DNA from: Lytechinus pictus
Lineage: Eukaryota
DNA length: 64,000 bases
Direction: 5' to 3'
NCBI RefSeq assembly: GCF_037042905.1
Contig: NC_087251.1
Coordinates: 25,792,001-25,856,000, forward strand
Positions within the stretch are counted from its first letter, which is position 1, and each line of letters opens with the position of its first letter. Below, one piece after another: positions 1 to 27,080 of the stretch. The notes under the pieces were generated by a model, which had not been told where the DNA came from, did not search any database, and saw nothing but the letters and a program-made list of their open reading frames with translations. A program made the translations under genes and the position numbers.

Positions 1-603
1 ATGGCACTTTGTATCCATGCTGTAGTGTTACCTTTGTGCTGTTGCAAGGATATGGGAAATTTAGAATGGCCTCTTTGCCCTCCATGACATGCATTATTTG
101 AGCTTCACATATTGATAATGCTATAAGTATCGTCAAAATGATCAAAACACTAACATAATTGTTTAAGTATGACATGCTTTGAAATGTGTTCAGCCAAGAC
201 TGTTGCTTTTGCGTGATAAATTGGGTTGTCATTTGCCCCGTTGGCTGCCGCAGTACCTTGTCATCTGCTTGATGATGAATGGCACTAAGGTTTCCATACA
301 CTCAAGCCTCCTGAGAGCAATGCCTGAAAGGCGTACTTGATATCACTTTTGAAACTTTGTTTTAGATGCTAGCCATATCTCCATCTTGAAATCATCAGTT
401 ATTGTTCACATTTTATCCCAAGAAATTATTAGGCTCTTGATTCTTTAGAATTTCATTCCAGCTGTAGTGTGTATTGTGAAATCATTTGTTCTGCCTGCAA
501 TAACAAATGAGAAGGAAAACCCACACTTAATTATTTCTTGTTGTTTTGATGAAAACATAAAACAAGAGAAACCAGAAAAACACATGATTAAAATGTGTCT
601 AAA

Positions 604-925
604 TCTACTACTAATACTACTACTACTCCTATTCCNNNNNNNNNNNNNNNNNNNNNNNNNNNNNNNNNNNNNNNNNNNNNNNNNNNNNNNNNNNNNNNNN
701 NNNNNNNNNNNNNNNNNNNNNNNNNNNNNNNNNNNNNNNNNNNNNNNNNNNNNNNNNNNNNNNNNNNNNNNNNNNNNNNNNNNNNNNNNNNNNNNNNNNN
801 NNNNNNNNNNNNNNNNNNNNNNNNNNNNNNNNTACTAACACTACTACCACTACTTATACTACTACCACTACTCCTACTCCTTCTACTGCTACTACTACTA
901 TTACTACCACTGCTCCTCCTTCTAC
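604..925. repeat. (ACT)n-type microsatellite flanking an assembly gap (N 636-832)
   Basis: Degenerate tactac/ctacta triplets on both sides of 197 N. Confidence 0.95.
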
Positions 926-1320
926 GATCTGTGTTTTAATGTTTTTGTAACCCATTATAATTATGTATTGTGAAAATTGGACACCTCTTTTAAAATAAAG
1001 AATGATGTGGTGGTAGACTTACCATTCTTCATCAAACAACTTTAAGACACAGCACACTAGCACAGGCAACCTAGAAAAGCTCTATTCAATATGCTTTACA
1101 ACCCTTATTTATATAGCTAAATGTTTACAAAAACTTTTGCAGTGAAGCATGCTGCAAATAAATCACAAACCAAAAATATTTAATGAGGGTTAACAAGAGG
1201 TTAATATTAATTGTGTTAGTCATTTGATTTTATTTCCGGGGGGAGGGGGGGCATATTCTCTAGTTTTATGCTTTTATGTTTGTTTGTTATTTGCTAAATG
1301 GGAAGTCCATTAGTCCATTA

Positions 1321-1542
1321 GGAGGCACGATAGCTCAGTCGGTAGAGCGGGGGTTTCATATTCCGGTGACCCGGGTTCGATTCCCAATTGGTGCGCTAGT
1401 GCCCTTTGGTAAGGCTGTTAAATCCTCTTAACCAGGTCCTTCGGAGAGGACCTTAAGCCGTCGGTCCTCTGGTTGCTTACTTACAAGTATTCATGCTTTC
1501 TTAGCAATCAGGTAAAAAATTACTATTACCATTTACCATTTA
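1321..1542 (+). mobile_element. tRNA-derived SINE
   Basis: Pol III A box TAGCTCAGTCGG (~1331) and B box GGTTCGATTCC (~1374). These are followed by a non-tRNA body with the hairpin aggtccttcggagaggacct and taagccgtcggtcc, then a short tandem tail (accattt)n. There is no intact acceptor stem. Confidence 0.85.
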
Positions 1543-2397
1543 ATGATGTCACCTGTTAGGTTTTTTCCTGCTTTTAGCTATTAAAAAGTATAGGTACACA
1601 GCTTTATATTTCTCACATTATCTTAAATGGATGCTTCAAATTAAGCACGATCCATCTGTAAAAACTAGATACATATGCCATTAGTTTTTCATTTCAAGGA
1701 AGAATATAATATCTGATTTTTCAATATGTATGTGGTTCGTGAGTTTTAAACTTTGCATGTTTTAATCAGAATCATTACGCAGTTGATTGATCACCACCCC
1801 ACACTCTAACTACCTTTGTTGAGAATATTATTAAGTTGAATGTTGAACAAAGGAAATAATTTATTGGCCCACTCTTTAATATGTTAACATCTTCAGTCAT
1901 TGTTGAACAGAGTGATGAAATGAATGCTTGCTTTTTCTGTTTAAAAAGTTATATTGGAAATCTGTTAGCCTGGGAGGTGAATGGATTTTAACATAAAAAA
2001 CTACAATACACTAGTTATTGCACATTCCAATATGGAGCCCAGGTTTTGTAACAAAGAGCTCATTAATTCATATGCTCCATTAATTCTCTAAGTGCTAAAT
2101 CAATACTAAAAAAAAAAATCCCTTATTCTCAATATCACCCTAGAAGAATGATATTTCTATTAGGAAATGATTCAATCAGGTACATGTACTATGGATTAGT
2201 TTGATACTTTAATAGATGATTGGCTGAATGCTCATCTCAAGCTGTGTCTGTGAGCAGTGAAAGCAGAGACATACTCAGAATAACAGCCTGATGTTGCCAC
2301 TAACAGAGGCATTATAAAGTCAACTGACACCAACAGAAATTAATCCAATACACTTTCTGCCCCAATGCACAGTTTCTAAAAATGTCATTATCTTTGA

Positions 2398-2574
2398 CAG
2401 GGAAAAAAAATAATTATTTTTCCTAGGGCTATTTATGAGCTCACCAGACGAAATTTGCCACACTGTATTAAAGTTTACTGTGTAAATTTCAGGGGCTCCT
2501 TTTTAGTTTTCCAGGGCTCTATAGGGCATTTCAGGGGCAAATTCGCCCTGAGCCCCCGTGTAATTTTTTCCCTG
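2398..2574. mobile_element. hAT-type MITE
   Basis: TIR CAGGGAAAAAA...TTTTTTCCCTG with a perfect 8-bp TSD ATCTTTGA on both sides. Confidence 0.85.
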
Positions 2575-4303
2575 ATCTTTGATGTAAAATCCTTTTTTTT
2601 TCCCAGTAAATATTTGACAGTACATGTATGTAAGAAACCACATTAGCCAAAACATTCAAACCAATCAATAAACGCACTACTGAAATATTTGATTGATTGA
2701 TACTTGGTTCACGTAATTGAAATTTAAGTTCACTGATTGATGGGATGGAGTGCGCTGGGAATGTTGGATTACCCGGTAATCACAGCCCAAATGAGTGAAC
2801 CAGTGAACCAGTGATCAAGCTGGGGCTATGTACCATTTAACATTAGGCAACCCACATAACATTCCTATTTTTTTATTCATAGTACTCACAGACCATTAAG
2901 GCATAAACAAATTCTTTGTGACAACACACAATTAGCCTTCACAGTGTATCCAAAGTCATGTGCAGTTAGATATTTCTACTGTTTGGATTTACATCTCTTA
3001 ACTCTTTCATTTACTTGGTGATTTTCTAGATATGATCGATATGGTTTTTGCAATGTTGTTAAAGTTTTTATTTCAACTTTAAGTTTGTTTCTGTTTTTTA
3101 TAAGTGCTTAAACTTTTTCTTGCTCGTATAAATGGGCTTCTTTGTGTTTATAGTTTATTTTTCTGCCCATGATTTCCTCTCATTATTACAAGTATTTGAT
3201 TTGACATCTCACCATGCATCCTGGTTGCATTCTAATCTGAACACATTTGGATCTGACATCACCACCCCCCATAACCAATGAAAACAGTTTGAATTTTTAA
3301 AGAAACAGGTTTTGTTACCGTAATGATTCAACAATATTGACTAAATATCTATAGAATAGTGAGATTTAATTACCAAGTCATGCATGGGTTAGCAGTATTA
3401 AAGCCAAATTGGATGAAGGATAAATATTTTGAATTGTGCACACTGAACTATAAATATTTAAAAGGTGTAAGGAGAGGTGTGGGGTAAAACTATCTGACAA
3501 AGAGGGACATTCCTTGTCAATTTACCCATTGGGCTAAATTGTACCAACTCTAAATTTACTCATATTTGGTATATAGGTTAATTGACATAAAAAAAGCCTA
3601 AATTTTCATTTTTAGCACTGTGCGCCTTCAAAGTTCTTGTGCTATGACGCACCCTTATTTTGCATTTTCGGTCAAAAAGGTAAGGTCACCCATTTTTGCA
3701 ATGGTTTTTGCGCGGCAACGGGTGATCCAAATTTCATGCAAGTGGCATTATTGGAAAGAGAATAAATAAATCTAAATAACTTGTTACTTTTTACAGAGGG
3801 TTGACTTTGAATACATTGACCTTTAATTCAACCATGTGTTTCAGATTATTTTGGGCTGAAACTCATAATTATTAGTGGTGGATCTAATATTTTTGCTAAG
3901 AGGGGGTTATGACAAGTTGTCCCAATAATGATGAGCTGCAACGTAATTCGTCCTTTGTAATAATAGCAAAATTCTCGAATGGTCGGGTAAACTGGATCCA
4001 ATGTTTCGGGAATCTAGGTGGTCCTCTTCTCAAATGGTCGGGTATACGCGATTGCCCAACCCGACGCGATAACCCGATGTGATGGCACAAGCCTTGAAAT
4101 ATGCATGTTATATTAAACATCTTCAGCCAGTCTTTAATGAGTGGAAGTATTCATAACACTTAAAGATATAAATTTCTATTCTTCTTTATACAGTCATAAG
4201 TAGATAAAAGAAGATATTTTTATCTTGAATGTGCAACAGCCCAATCAATGGTGTTTGTAACTGTACTTAAAAAAAAGAGAATTTTGTTTTTATTTTATTT
4301 CAG

Positions 4304-4420
4304 AGAGCTGTAAGGATCAGAGAAGATCTTCCCAGAGTGGATGCAAACATCAAACAGAAGCATAACAAGAGAGTGATAGACCAGGACCTACAGGATGTAA
4401 AACAAGCTCTGAAAGGTTGA
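4304..4420 (+). CDS. Terminal coding exon of an upstream gene that begins outside the window; possibly a TPR-repeat protein
   Basis: Strong acceptor (ttttgtttttattttatttcag), then RAVRIREDLPRVDANIKQKHNKRVIDQDLQDVKQALKG* if phase 0. 'RAvrIrE' resembles the end of kinesin-light-chain/NPHP3-type TPR repeats (inference). AATAAA occurs downstream (~5554). Confidence 0.55.
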   Translation, partial: RAVRIREDLPRVDANIKQKHNKRVIDQDLQDVKQALKG

Positions 4421-5764
4421 GGATAGTCCAGTAACAAGCCCAGTAAAGATCTGTATGATCCACATTCACTGTGAGAAACCGAATCAGATGGTCAAGGCCA
4501 AGTTTTTTCAGCATCCAAACTTGAGGTCTACACTACAGGCTCAAGAAAGATCTGTCTGGTTTTGTACTGGCTCCTGTGTGAGATAGTACCAAGATTTTGC
4601 AGCAAGGATGCGATTGTCAATTTGCTTGTATACAGAAAATCAAGACTGAGAAAGAAAATGATGTACCCAATATATGATATTTTTTGGCAAGGACAAGTTG
4701 TCATTTGTTCAGAGACTGTATTTGGCAATACCATTTAAATATTACAATCACCGAATGGTAATAGCCAATTATTTGTTGCATGCACGGTTAGTTCAAATCT
4801 CTGAACGAAACCAGTCCGAATTGCTCTCTCATATCCTGAATCTATTGCAAACCTATGTGATATGGGATCCTGACTTCAATCACCCCTCAAAAGATTCTAC
4901 GCATGATCAGAGGAAGGTCATTTGTACTAAAGTGACATGGTGGTTTAAAATCTAATGAGATAAGCACCAACTTTGATGTCTTGATTATTCATATATTCTT
5001 TTGAATTGTGGTTTTCATTTACATCCACAAAAAACAACAATGCGTCCACGAACGACTGGTATTTCACAGTTTGCCAAGTACATTGTGCAACATGCTATGA
5101 TATGCATTCAAAGTAGGAATGCAACAAATACCTTCATAAAGTGTTCATTGGTGTGCTATTCTAGTCACCTGGTCTATTCAATTTCTTCATCCTGCTATGT
5201 AAGGCAAGCTTACGTAATATCTTGCTTTGAAATCTGCCTATCATAATGAAAGAAATGAAAGGTCATTTGACCAAAATTGTTCATGAAGTAACTACGAACT
5301 GGTCTCTTCCAATGATGAATGAATGTTCCTTTAAACATTATGCATACATGTATCATCCAACTGTTGTTAATTGGGAGATCTATATGGCTCATTCATGATG
5401 TGGAGTCTTTTGATTTGGGAAATCTGCCTTATTGTAAGCATGAATAAGGAGAAGATTCTGTGTCATGGGCTAGGTTATGAAATCTATCGCTCCCTTAAAA
5501 GGCTAATGGAGAGAATGGAAAATACATATTTTTACATGGTGTATGCTGCATTGAATAAAATATATCTATATTACAATGGAAGGCATAAGGGGTTTATATT
5601 TTTGTCTCAATGACCTGTTATGATTTCATCCATGTTCTTTGGCTCACAGGATAAAAGTAATGTCTAGCACCAATTTGATGGAAATTGGATTTATTTAAAG
5701 GACATCATACAAGATTCATTCTCAGATTATAATATGTTATAATAATGTTCCATCTTTAATATAT

Positions 5765-6874
5765 GAAGAGCTCACTTGCAAAAGGGATTAGGTCCATTTT
5801 TCATCAAATTTGATTTTTTTTTTGTCTCAATGTATAGATTTTTAGTAGCTCTATAAGATGATAACAAAGAAAAGTTGAAATTCCCATTAAAAAGAGATCT
5901 AAAATGGCAAAGAAAAATCACTTTTTTTTCAAAAGGGGTTAGGTCCATTTCAGTTTGCTTGCAAAAGGGGTTAGGTCCACACATAATTTTTTTTGGAAAA
6001 GAATATTTCAAACAAGTGGAGCGCCTCTGGCAGTCTCACCTGCATCACGCGATTCAATATAGCAGCAGTGCTGACTTTGAAAACTACTATAAAATAATTA
6101 TTCACAAAAAAACACCATTCATATAATGATACAATACTTTGTTCGTTGACAATAAAATGACATTTGACCTTGATCATGCAACCTAAGACTTGTCAGTGAT
6201 ACTTGATTACCCCTATATCCACATTTTATAAACTAAATCTATAAACTTTGAAAGTTATGACAGCAATCTAATAATTACCTCCAAAATGGCCAAAGTTCAA
6301 TGACCTTAAATGACCTTTGACTTCGGTCATGTGACCTGAAACTCACATGAGATGTTCAATGATACTTGATTACTCTATGACCAAGTTTTATGAACTAGAT
6401 CCATACACTTTCAGAGTTATGATGGTTATTCAACAAATACCCCCAACATGGCCAAAGTCTAAGTTCATTGACCCTAAATGACCTTGGTTATGTGACTCAA
6501 AACTCAGGCAGGATGTTCAGTAATACTTGATTAACCTTATGGCAAAGTTTCACGAACTAGGTCCATATACTTAGTTAGTTATGCTGTCATTTCAAAAACT
6601 TAACCTTTGGTTAAGATTTGGATTTGACGCCGCTGCGTCGGAAAAGCGGCGCCTATAGTCTCACTCTGCTTCGCAGGTGAGACAAAAATGTGAAGACAGG
6701 TAGATTTCTTTTATACCCAATTTTATGATCTAATGGAAGGGAACCATGATATTTTGGTTTCGCATAAGAATATTGCAACCGTTTATCTAGAATACTCATG
6801 AATATTCATAAGAGGGATATAAAAAAAAATATTTTCTTGGATTGGACCTAACCCCTTTTGCAAACAAACTCTTC
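5765..6874. mobile_element. TIR DNA element (GAAGAG...CTCTTC termini) carrying a nested insertion; a second copy starts at 6876
   Basis: GAAGAG..TTGCAAAAGGG(A/G)TTAGGTCCA at 5765, repeated internally at ~5960, inverted at 6843-6874, and starting again at 6876. Confidence 0.6.
6011..6689. mobile_element. Helentron-associated (HINE/pearl/Tsp-like) non-autonomous element with internal tandem repeats
   Basis: Begins AACAAG, has subterminal IR GTCTCACCTGC (~6033) / GCAGGTGAGAC (~6673), a 3' hairpin, three diverged ~150-nt units (tgacct...gatacttgatta...gaactag.tccat) and ends in AAAAA. Confidence 0.7.
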
Positions 6875-9738
6875 TGAAGAGCCCATTTGTCAAAAGGGGT
6901 TAGGTCCATTTTTCATAAATTTTATTGTTTTCTGTCTCTAAACCTCTAAATTTTAGTCGCTCTGATGAAAACAAAGAACATTTGAAATTCACATGAAAAC
7001 GTGAATAAAAGTGGCAAAAAAAATCGCATGGGAACATGAGCTGATTGACCATCCATTCTATTAAAAAAACATGCTATACATATATGGTATAAAAATGAAG
7101 CCTTAAAATAAATCAAGTTCAAAGAATTATCATGTCCTTTATCCTTGAATTATAAAAATGTGTAAGTGTCCAGTATTGGCAAATGGTGTTTCCCTCATAG
7201 ACTGCTAAGTTAAATGTAAGGTACCACAGAACAGGGTTCCCAGCTTTTCATGAAAACAAATTCCCTGATGAAGTTTGAAAATTCAGATAATTATTTAAAC
7301 CCATTCCCAGTTTCGCATGTTTTCTAAGTTGTTGCAGTGAATAAAATGTATTTTTAGTATTAAAACAATAATGTAAGACTAATTAGTACCACCATAACTA
7401 GTCATTCAATGGATGTAATGTTGTTTTGATATGCAACAAAATATAACGGAGTCTGACTACCGTTAATTCGACTTTTGGGCGATCAAAATTCACAGATTTT
7501 CCCTCTTTTGAGGCATTTTCCCCCGATTTGAGGTATTTTTCATTTTTCCCTGACTGGAAAAAAAAAATACCATTTTGTTTACTCAAGTCGTTTTATTTTT
7601 TATGAAATACCTCTTTTGGGCTTCTTAATTGTAATTGAAACACTGAAACAACTTAGATGTGCAAAACAAGTGTCAGATTTTTATGTCAGGTCATGCATAG
7701 AATTGAAGAAAAAAAAGGATCACTCAATGAAAATACCCAAGACACTTTTTATATTTTAACTTGGCAATAATTAGTTTATTTTTAACAATAAAGTACTATC
7801 AGACATTACTATTTTACAGCTACAATAAATGGATAAGACTTGTACATTACATTTTAGAAAGTTTAATTGCTAATAATAGTGCAGATAAAATATAAATAAT
7901 ATTGTTTGATGCCTACATGTAAATGGCACAATTTAACAGGTTAGCCAACAAATTATTAGACGTAATTGGGTAACTTTGAGACTACAATATTAACAATTTA
8001 CTGATAAGTTCATCTGATCTGATATTAATTTCAATTAATGAACTAATAAAACGTATAATGTAGAAACAAAATCAATTTCATCATATGATCATTCAAGGGT
8101 GTACAAGTTGATTTCACAATTGACAAGTCTGTACCAATTTGTGCTCCTTTAGAATATCAACACTAGGCTAAACCACAAATTTCTGGCTGTCTAATGGGTT
8201 TTAGACTGCAAGCTGATAGTGACAGAAAGTAGGTAGGCCATGGTCCCGTAATATAAAGCCTAAGGTTAACGATTATTCATGGGGCTGGTTTATATGACTG
8301 ATCATACATAATAGTATACGTACAGTAATTAATCCTAGAAATAAGCCCCACAATCGCTAAATAGCTTTATGTTAGGGGCCCATTCTGACATTGTACTGGA
8401 TTTTATCTGCATTTGAGTACAGAATTTATTTTGAAGATAACACTGAAGATATATATATAAACATTATACAATGGTTTATTGGTAAGTATTCCTATTAAAA
8501 TGACAATATATCTATGTCACGACTTTGAACATGACCAGATGAGTGTTCACAAAGATTTAACTGTAACTGAAAGTCGCTCTTAAATTGCTAGATGCATGAT
8601 GAATACTATACTGTGCAGATTGATGTCTAAGCATGCCACACTTCATTCTTTCTGAAACAACTCTGCATCCTTGTTTCGCATCCCAATTTGCTCCACATTT
8701 TTAAAAGACTTACACAAAAAGTCTTTTGTGTACCAATTGTTTTTTATTTTTTACAAAGGACTACAGAACGTAGTGGAGAGCTTTTCTCCTATGACCAAAC
8801 ACGCTAATCAAATTTGGAAAGCAAAATTATTATTTGAACTATAATGGTACTCGAATTCAAATGTCTGACACAAAAGAAAAAGAAATTAATAGTGCACATA
8901 AACCTTCAACTTATGTATTATCTCTCCATACATGATCAACATTTATTTCATACTGCCATTACAATCTGTTACTTGACTTGAATGTAACTACATGAACATT
9001 ATTGAACCTATAGGAATCCGAATATGAATGTGAAATAATCCCTATTCTGTAAATATACACCACTGCCAATACAAAATAATGCATAAAGTGGTATTCTATG
9101 GATATAAAACAAATGCATAGCAGCTTAAATAGAAATTCAGCAGTTGTCTTGTTGCCACATAAATTGGTGAATACCAAAAACTAGAAATTTAAGATTCAGA
9201 CAAAATCATACTAGGTATCTAGAAAGGCACACATAAACATTGCCACGATTGAACAAAATTAAACTGAAAAATAAGGCATTATTGTGCACCATCTTCCTCC
9301 AATGTGATAAAGCATGCTCTATTTTTCAAAATATTTCCAAAAATAATTAGAATTTGAACACAATGAATATAGCATATATATCATAAATTGTATTTACAGG
9401 TATTTCATAATCATATTTATAACCTTTAAACAATAAACCAATAGTAATGGTTAATATACAAACAAATATCTTATCGGCATTTGCATTTTTAGTTTATATT
9501 CAATTGAATTTTACAAGCTGTTCAAACATTATGCAATTTTTTACTACTTATCCAATCAAACATAATTCCCAACTTTGCAATATTTATATCAATTAGAAAA
9601 TTATGATTAATCCGGGAAAAGTAGGATAAAAACAATCCTAATCATGTAGACTTTATATCGTTCATGTCTTTTGAATACAACTTTCTTATACAACTTTCTT
9701 ATATTTTCATGTAGAGTCATTTATATTTCCATAACTGA

Positions 9739-10180
9739 CAAACGGACATCTACAATACCTATTAACGTGATCTCACAGGAAAAATGCTTTTTTTTTTTTT
9801 CAAAAGGTATAATTAAGGAATTATTCAGGTTCAATTAAATAAACTAATTTGAATTTTCTTAAATATTTCAAGACAGTGCATATGTTTTATACTATCATAA
9901 TAACTCTCCACAATAATAGTAGTGACTGAGTTTAGGCATAAAAACCCTCTTTCAGATTCTTGCAAGAGATCACAAACAGACATCTACACTGCCTATTAAC
10001 GTGATCTCACAGGAAAAATGCTTTTTTTTTTTCCAAAAGGTATAATTAAGGAATTATTCAGGTTCAATTAAATAAACTAATTTGAATTTTCTTAAATATT
10101 TCAAGAACAGTGCATATGTTTTATACTATCATAATAACTCTCCACAATAATAGTTGTGACTGAATTTAGGCATAAAAAAC
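9739..10180. repeat. Recent local tandem duplication of ~205 nt
   Basis: acaaac.gacatctaca...cctattaacgtgatctcacagg...tttaggcataaaaa occurs near-identically at ~9739-9945 and ~9971-10178. Confidence 0.9.
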
Positions 10181-10502
10181 ATTTTCAAGATATCATGATC
10201 ACAATGAAAATATCTGAGAACTGATGTTACATGCAGGAAATAGTAGACCATAATCGTATTATTTACAACAAATACATACATCCCTCAACATTCTTCCTAC
10301 AAAATCCATACAGTAAGAATGTTTGATAACAAGATTTGCCTGGTTTAAGAAAAAAAAGCCTGGGTAAATGAATATGGGCAATCAACCATGCAATCGATTT
10401 CTACAATAGAGCACTCCTAGATGACATCACAACAAAGAACAAAACAATAGCAAACCTGTCTATCATAAAACAATGATTATCGCAATTTTCATGCACAGGT
10501 CT

Positions 10503-11092
10503 TTAAAGGAGAATGAAACCTTTGAAAGATAGCTTATGTGAAAACAGAAAAATCAAAGAATAGGATCAACGAAAGTTTGAGAAAAATTGGACAAATAATG
10601 AGAAAGTTATGAGCATTTGAATATTGCGATCACTAATGCTATGGAGATCCTCAAATTGGCAATACGACAAAGATGTGTGATGTCACTTGTGAACAACTCT
10701 CCCCATTAGTTTAGTATATATTTCACTTAAATTGCCTCTTTTATCACATCTATCAGTAGATCATGTGTACTTTCTATAGGAGGGCATGTAATACAGCTTT
10801 TTGAAGAATACATCATAGATAAAGAGTTTGTATCACCATAAGAAAAAGCAAAAAGATACATTTTGTGGGTATTTTATAGTCCATCAAAGGGAAAGTTGTT
10901 CACATGTGACATCACACATCCTTGTCGCATTGCCAATGTGAGGATCTCCATAGCATTAGTGATTGCAATATTCAAATGCTCATAAATTTCTCATTATTTG
11001 TCCAATTTTTCTCAAACTTTCTTTGTCCTTATTCTTTGATTTTTCTGTTTCGACACACGCCTACTTGTTCCAAAGGTTTCATTCCCCTTTAA
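10503..11092. mobile_element. Kolobok/T2-like palindromic MITE
   Basis: TTAA|AGGAGAATGAAACCTTTG ... CAAAGGTTTCATTCCCCT|TTAA, with ~190-nt inverted arms. Confidence 0.85.
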
Positions 11093-13153
11093 CCATTAGT
11101 CCTCCAAAATGGCTGCTCATGAGAACCCTTAATTTTAATTTCACATAGTAATCAATGCAATCGATTGTAAAATCAATCCCACAATCAATCATGAAGCTTT
11201 TGTTACTGGGACAAGGTCAGTAGGTCACCAAGAAAAATTCAGGATCATCGTTAAGCTTGTGCTAATGTTTTATTCTTAAAAAGTGGTAGGGGCAGACCCA
11301 AGGATAAAACATCCATTCAATAGTATTACTATATTACAGACACATGGACATCCAGCAACTCCACTGCCAAATCAAAACAAAGGGGGAAACATTTACAGTA
11401 GTAAAATAGAAATCTCCCATTTACCACATTACAAAATTCCACTGAAATGAAACTTCTGTTTATGGTATGGCAGTCAATCTCTTTTTACGGGTTCATTACA
11501 TTCCTTGTTCATTCTAATATACAAAGAAAAATACAAACTTGACAGATTCACCTCTAAAAATGTTGATGCTTGTGTCAAAGTTTTCACAGGTGAATAAAGT
11601 GTGCACTGTGAAATGAACACTCAATCAAATTTAATACAAAAACCACAGAATCTAGATACTAAAGATTCACAGAAAATATGGCAAGAAAGTAATTATTTGA
11701 TTTCACACTCCTGTTTTACACACTTGTTTTTGTTCTGGACCTAAATGTGACTCGGTGTAGAGCATGCAATATAAATGTGGTATGAATCATTGTTAGAACT
11801 CACATTAGGTGCTGGAGGCGAAGAGCGAGTGAAGTTTATCAAATTTGTGCTTCAATATAACACTGATAACACCACCGACTTTACTGAGAACACCACCGAA
11901 TTTGAATGGAGTTAGCCCAGTGATAACCAGCTTTTTGTATGTAGCGTGTACCAAATTTGTAGGTTTTCTCTTTTTCTCTCCCCTACCCCCCCCCCCCCCA
12001 TTCCTCACAATCCTCTTCCTACTCATTTCTTTCTCTCTGTGATCAAACAGTAATTTTGATAGTCCGTCTAGTTTATATTTTTCTTTACTTGTATCAAACC
12101 AAAGTTAAATAAATAATACTGCAATTATCAGAAAATAATGTGGAAATTATGAAATAACAGTCTATTATTCCAGTAATAACTTTCAACCACATAACATATA
12201 GGCCCACTATTCATCTACAGAGTTGTTTAATGTTATACCAGAACGCATTACTCCAGGCATTTGTTAAGCAAATAATTGGCAGTTTTATAACAAAAGCCAA
12301 GAATAGAGAGACAAAACTGGAAATGAAAACTTTCATCTACTGTAAAGAGATACACACAGGCAATACACTTCATTATAGCGTTCAATATTTTCTCTCACTT
12401 TACATGTACATTACACCAGAAACAGAAGCGTTCTTCCTCACAAATGCACTGATTAGAACACCAGAGAAGAATAGAATGGTCTCCAATCACTTCTCTCACC
12501 GCCATCATCATTGTGGAGCTGTATGTGATACCCTGTGCAGTGTTTCACAAAGAATTTACCAGTCAGAAACACAGGGGTGTGACGCTGGACAGCAACAGAA
12601 TGGTGTCCAATCATTTCTTACACCGCTGCTGCCAATGCCCACCTGTTTGCAATATCCTCTGTGTAGTGTTTCACAAAGGGTTCACCATTCAGAGATACAC
12701 ACATACAGGTGTCGGATGCCAGGCAGGAATTAAATAAAGCCTGATTGTTTGTTATCCTGCTGTGGCAATATCCAGTATGAAGTACTCTTATCACCTTTCC
12801 CATTCAGAATTAAATATTCAGAAACATAAACACAAAAGTATGTTGTTACACAGAAGTGAAATAGTGTCACATCTCTCTCCATATCACCACCATATTGCAG
12901 CTTTCCAGTGTCTTGTATCCACGCACAAAGAAGAGACACCGTCCAACAATCCATTCCCAATAATTCTTCTGCAAGTGTTTGTGTCTAAAGCTGACATAGG
13001 ATGAACGTGAATAAGAAAATAAAAATGGTCTCTGCTTATTTCAATGCTCAGCTATATAAACTATAGTTTATATTTACAGATGATAATCTTGCAGGAGATG
13101 AGTTGCACAAAAATGGCCATGCCTGGATGAAATGTCTATTACTGTTAGTGCTT

Positions 13154-27080
<13,927 letters not shown>

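Noticed and set aside
467-939. ORFs spanning the N gap
   Set aside because: Artefacts of Ns and the triplet microsatellite.
1321-1395. tRNA gene
   Set aside because: A and B boxes are present, but there is no proper acceptor stem or terminator, and it continues into a SINE body and tail.
12230-12733. 167-aa Cys/His-rich + strand ORF
   Set aside because: Antisense to the ZFYVE21 3' UTR, no recognisable domain or splice context, and explained by the tandem duplication.
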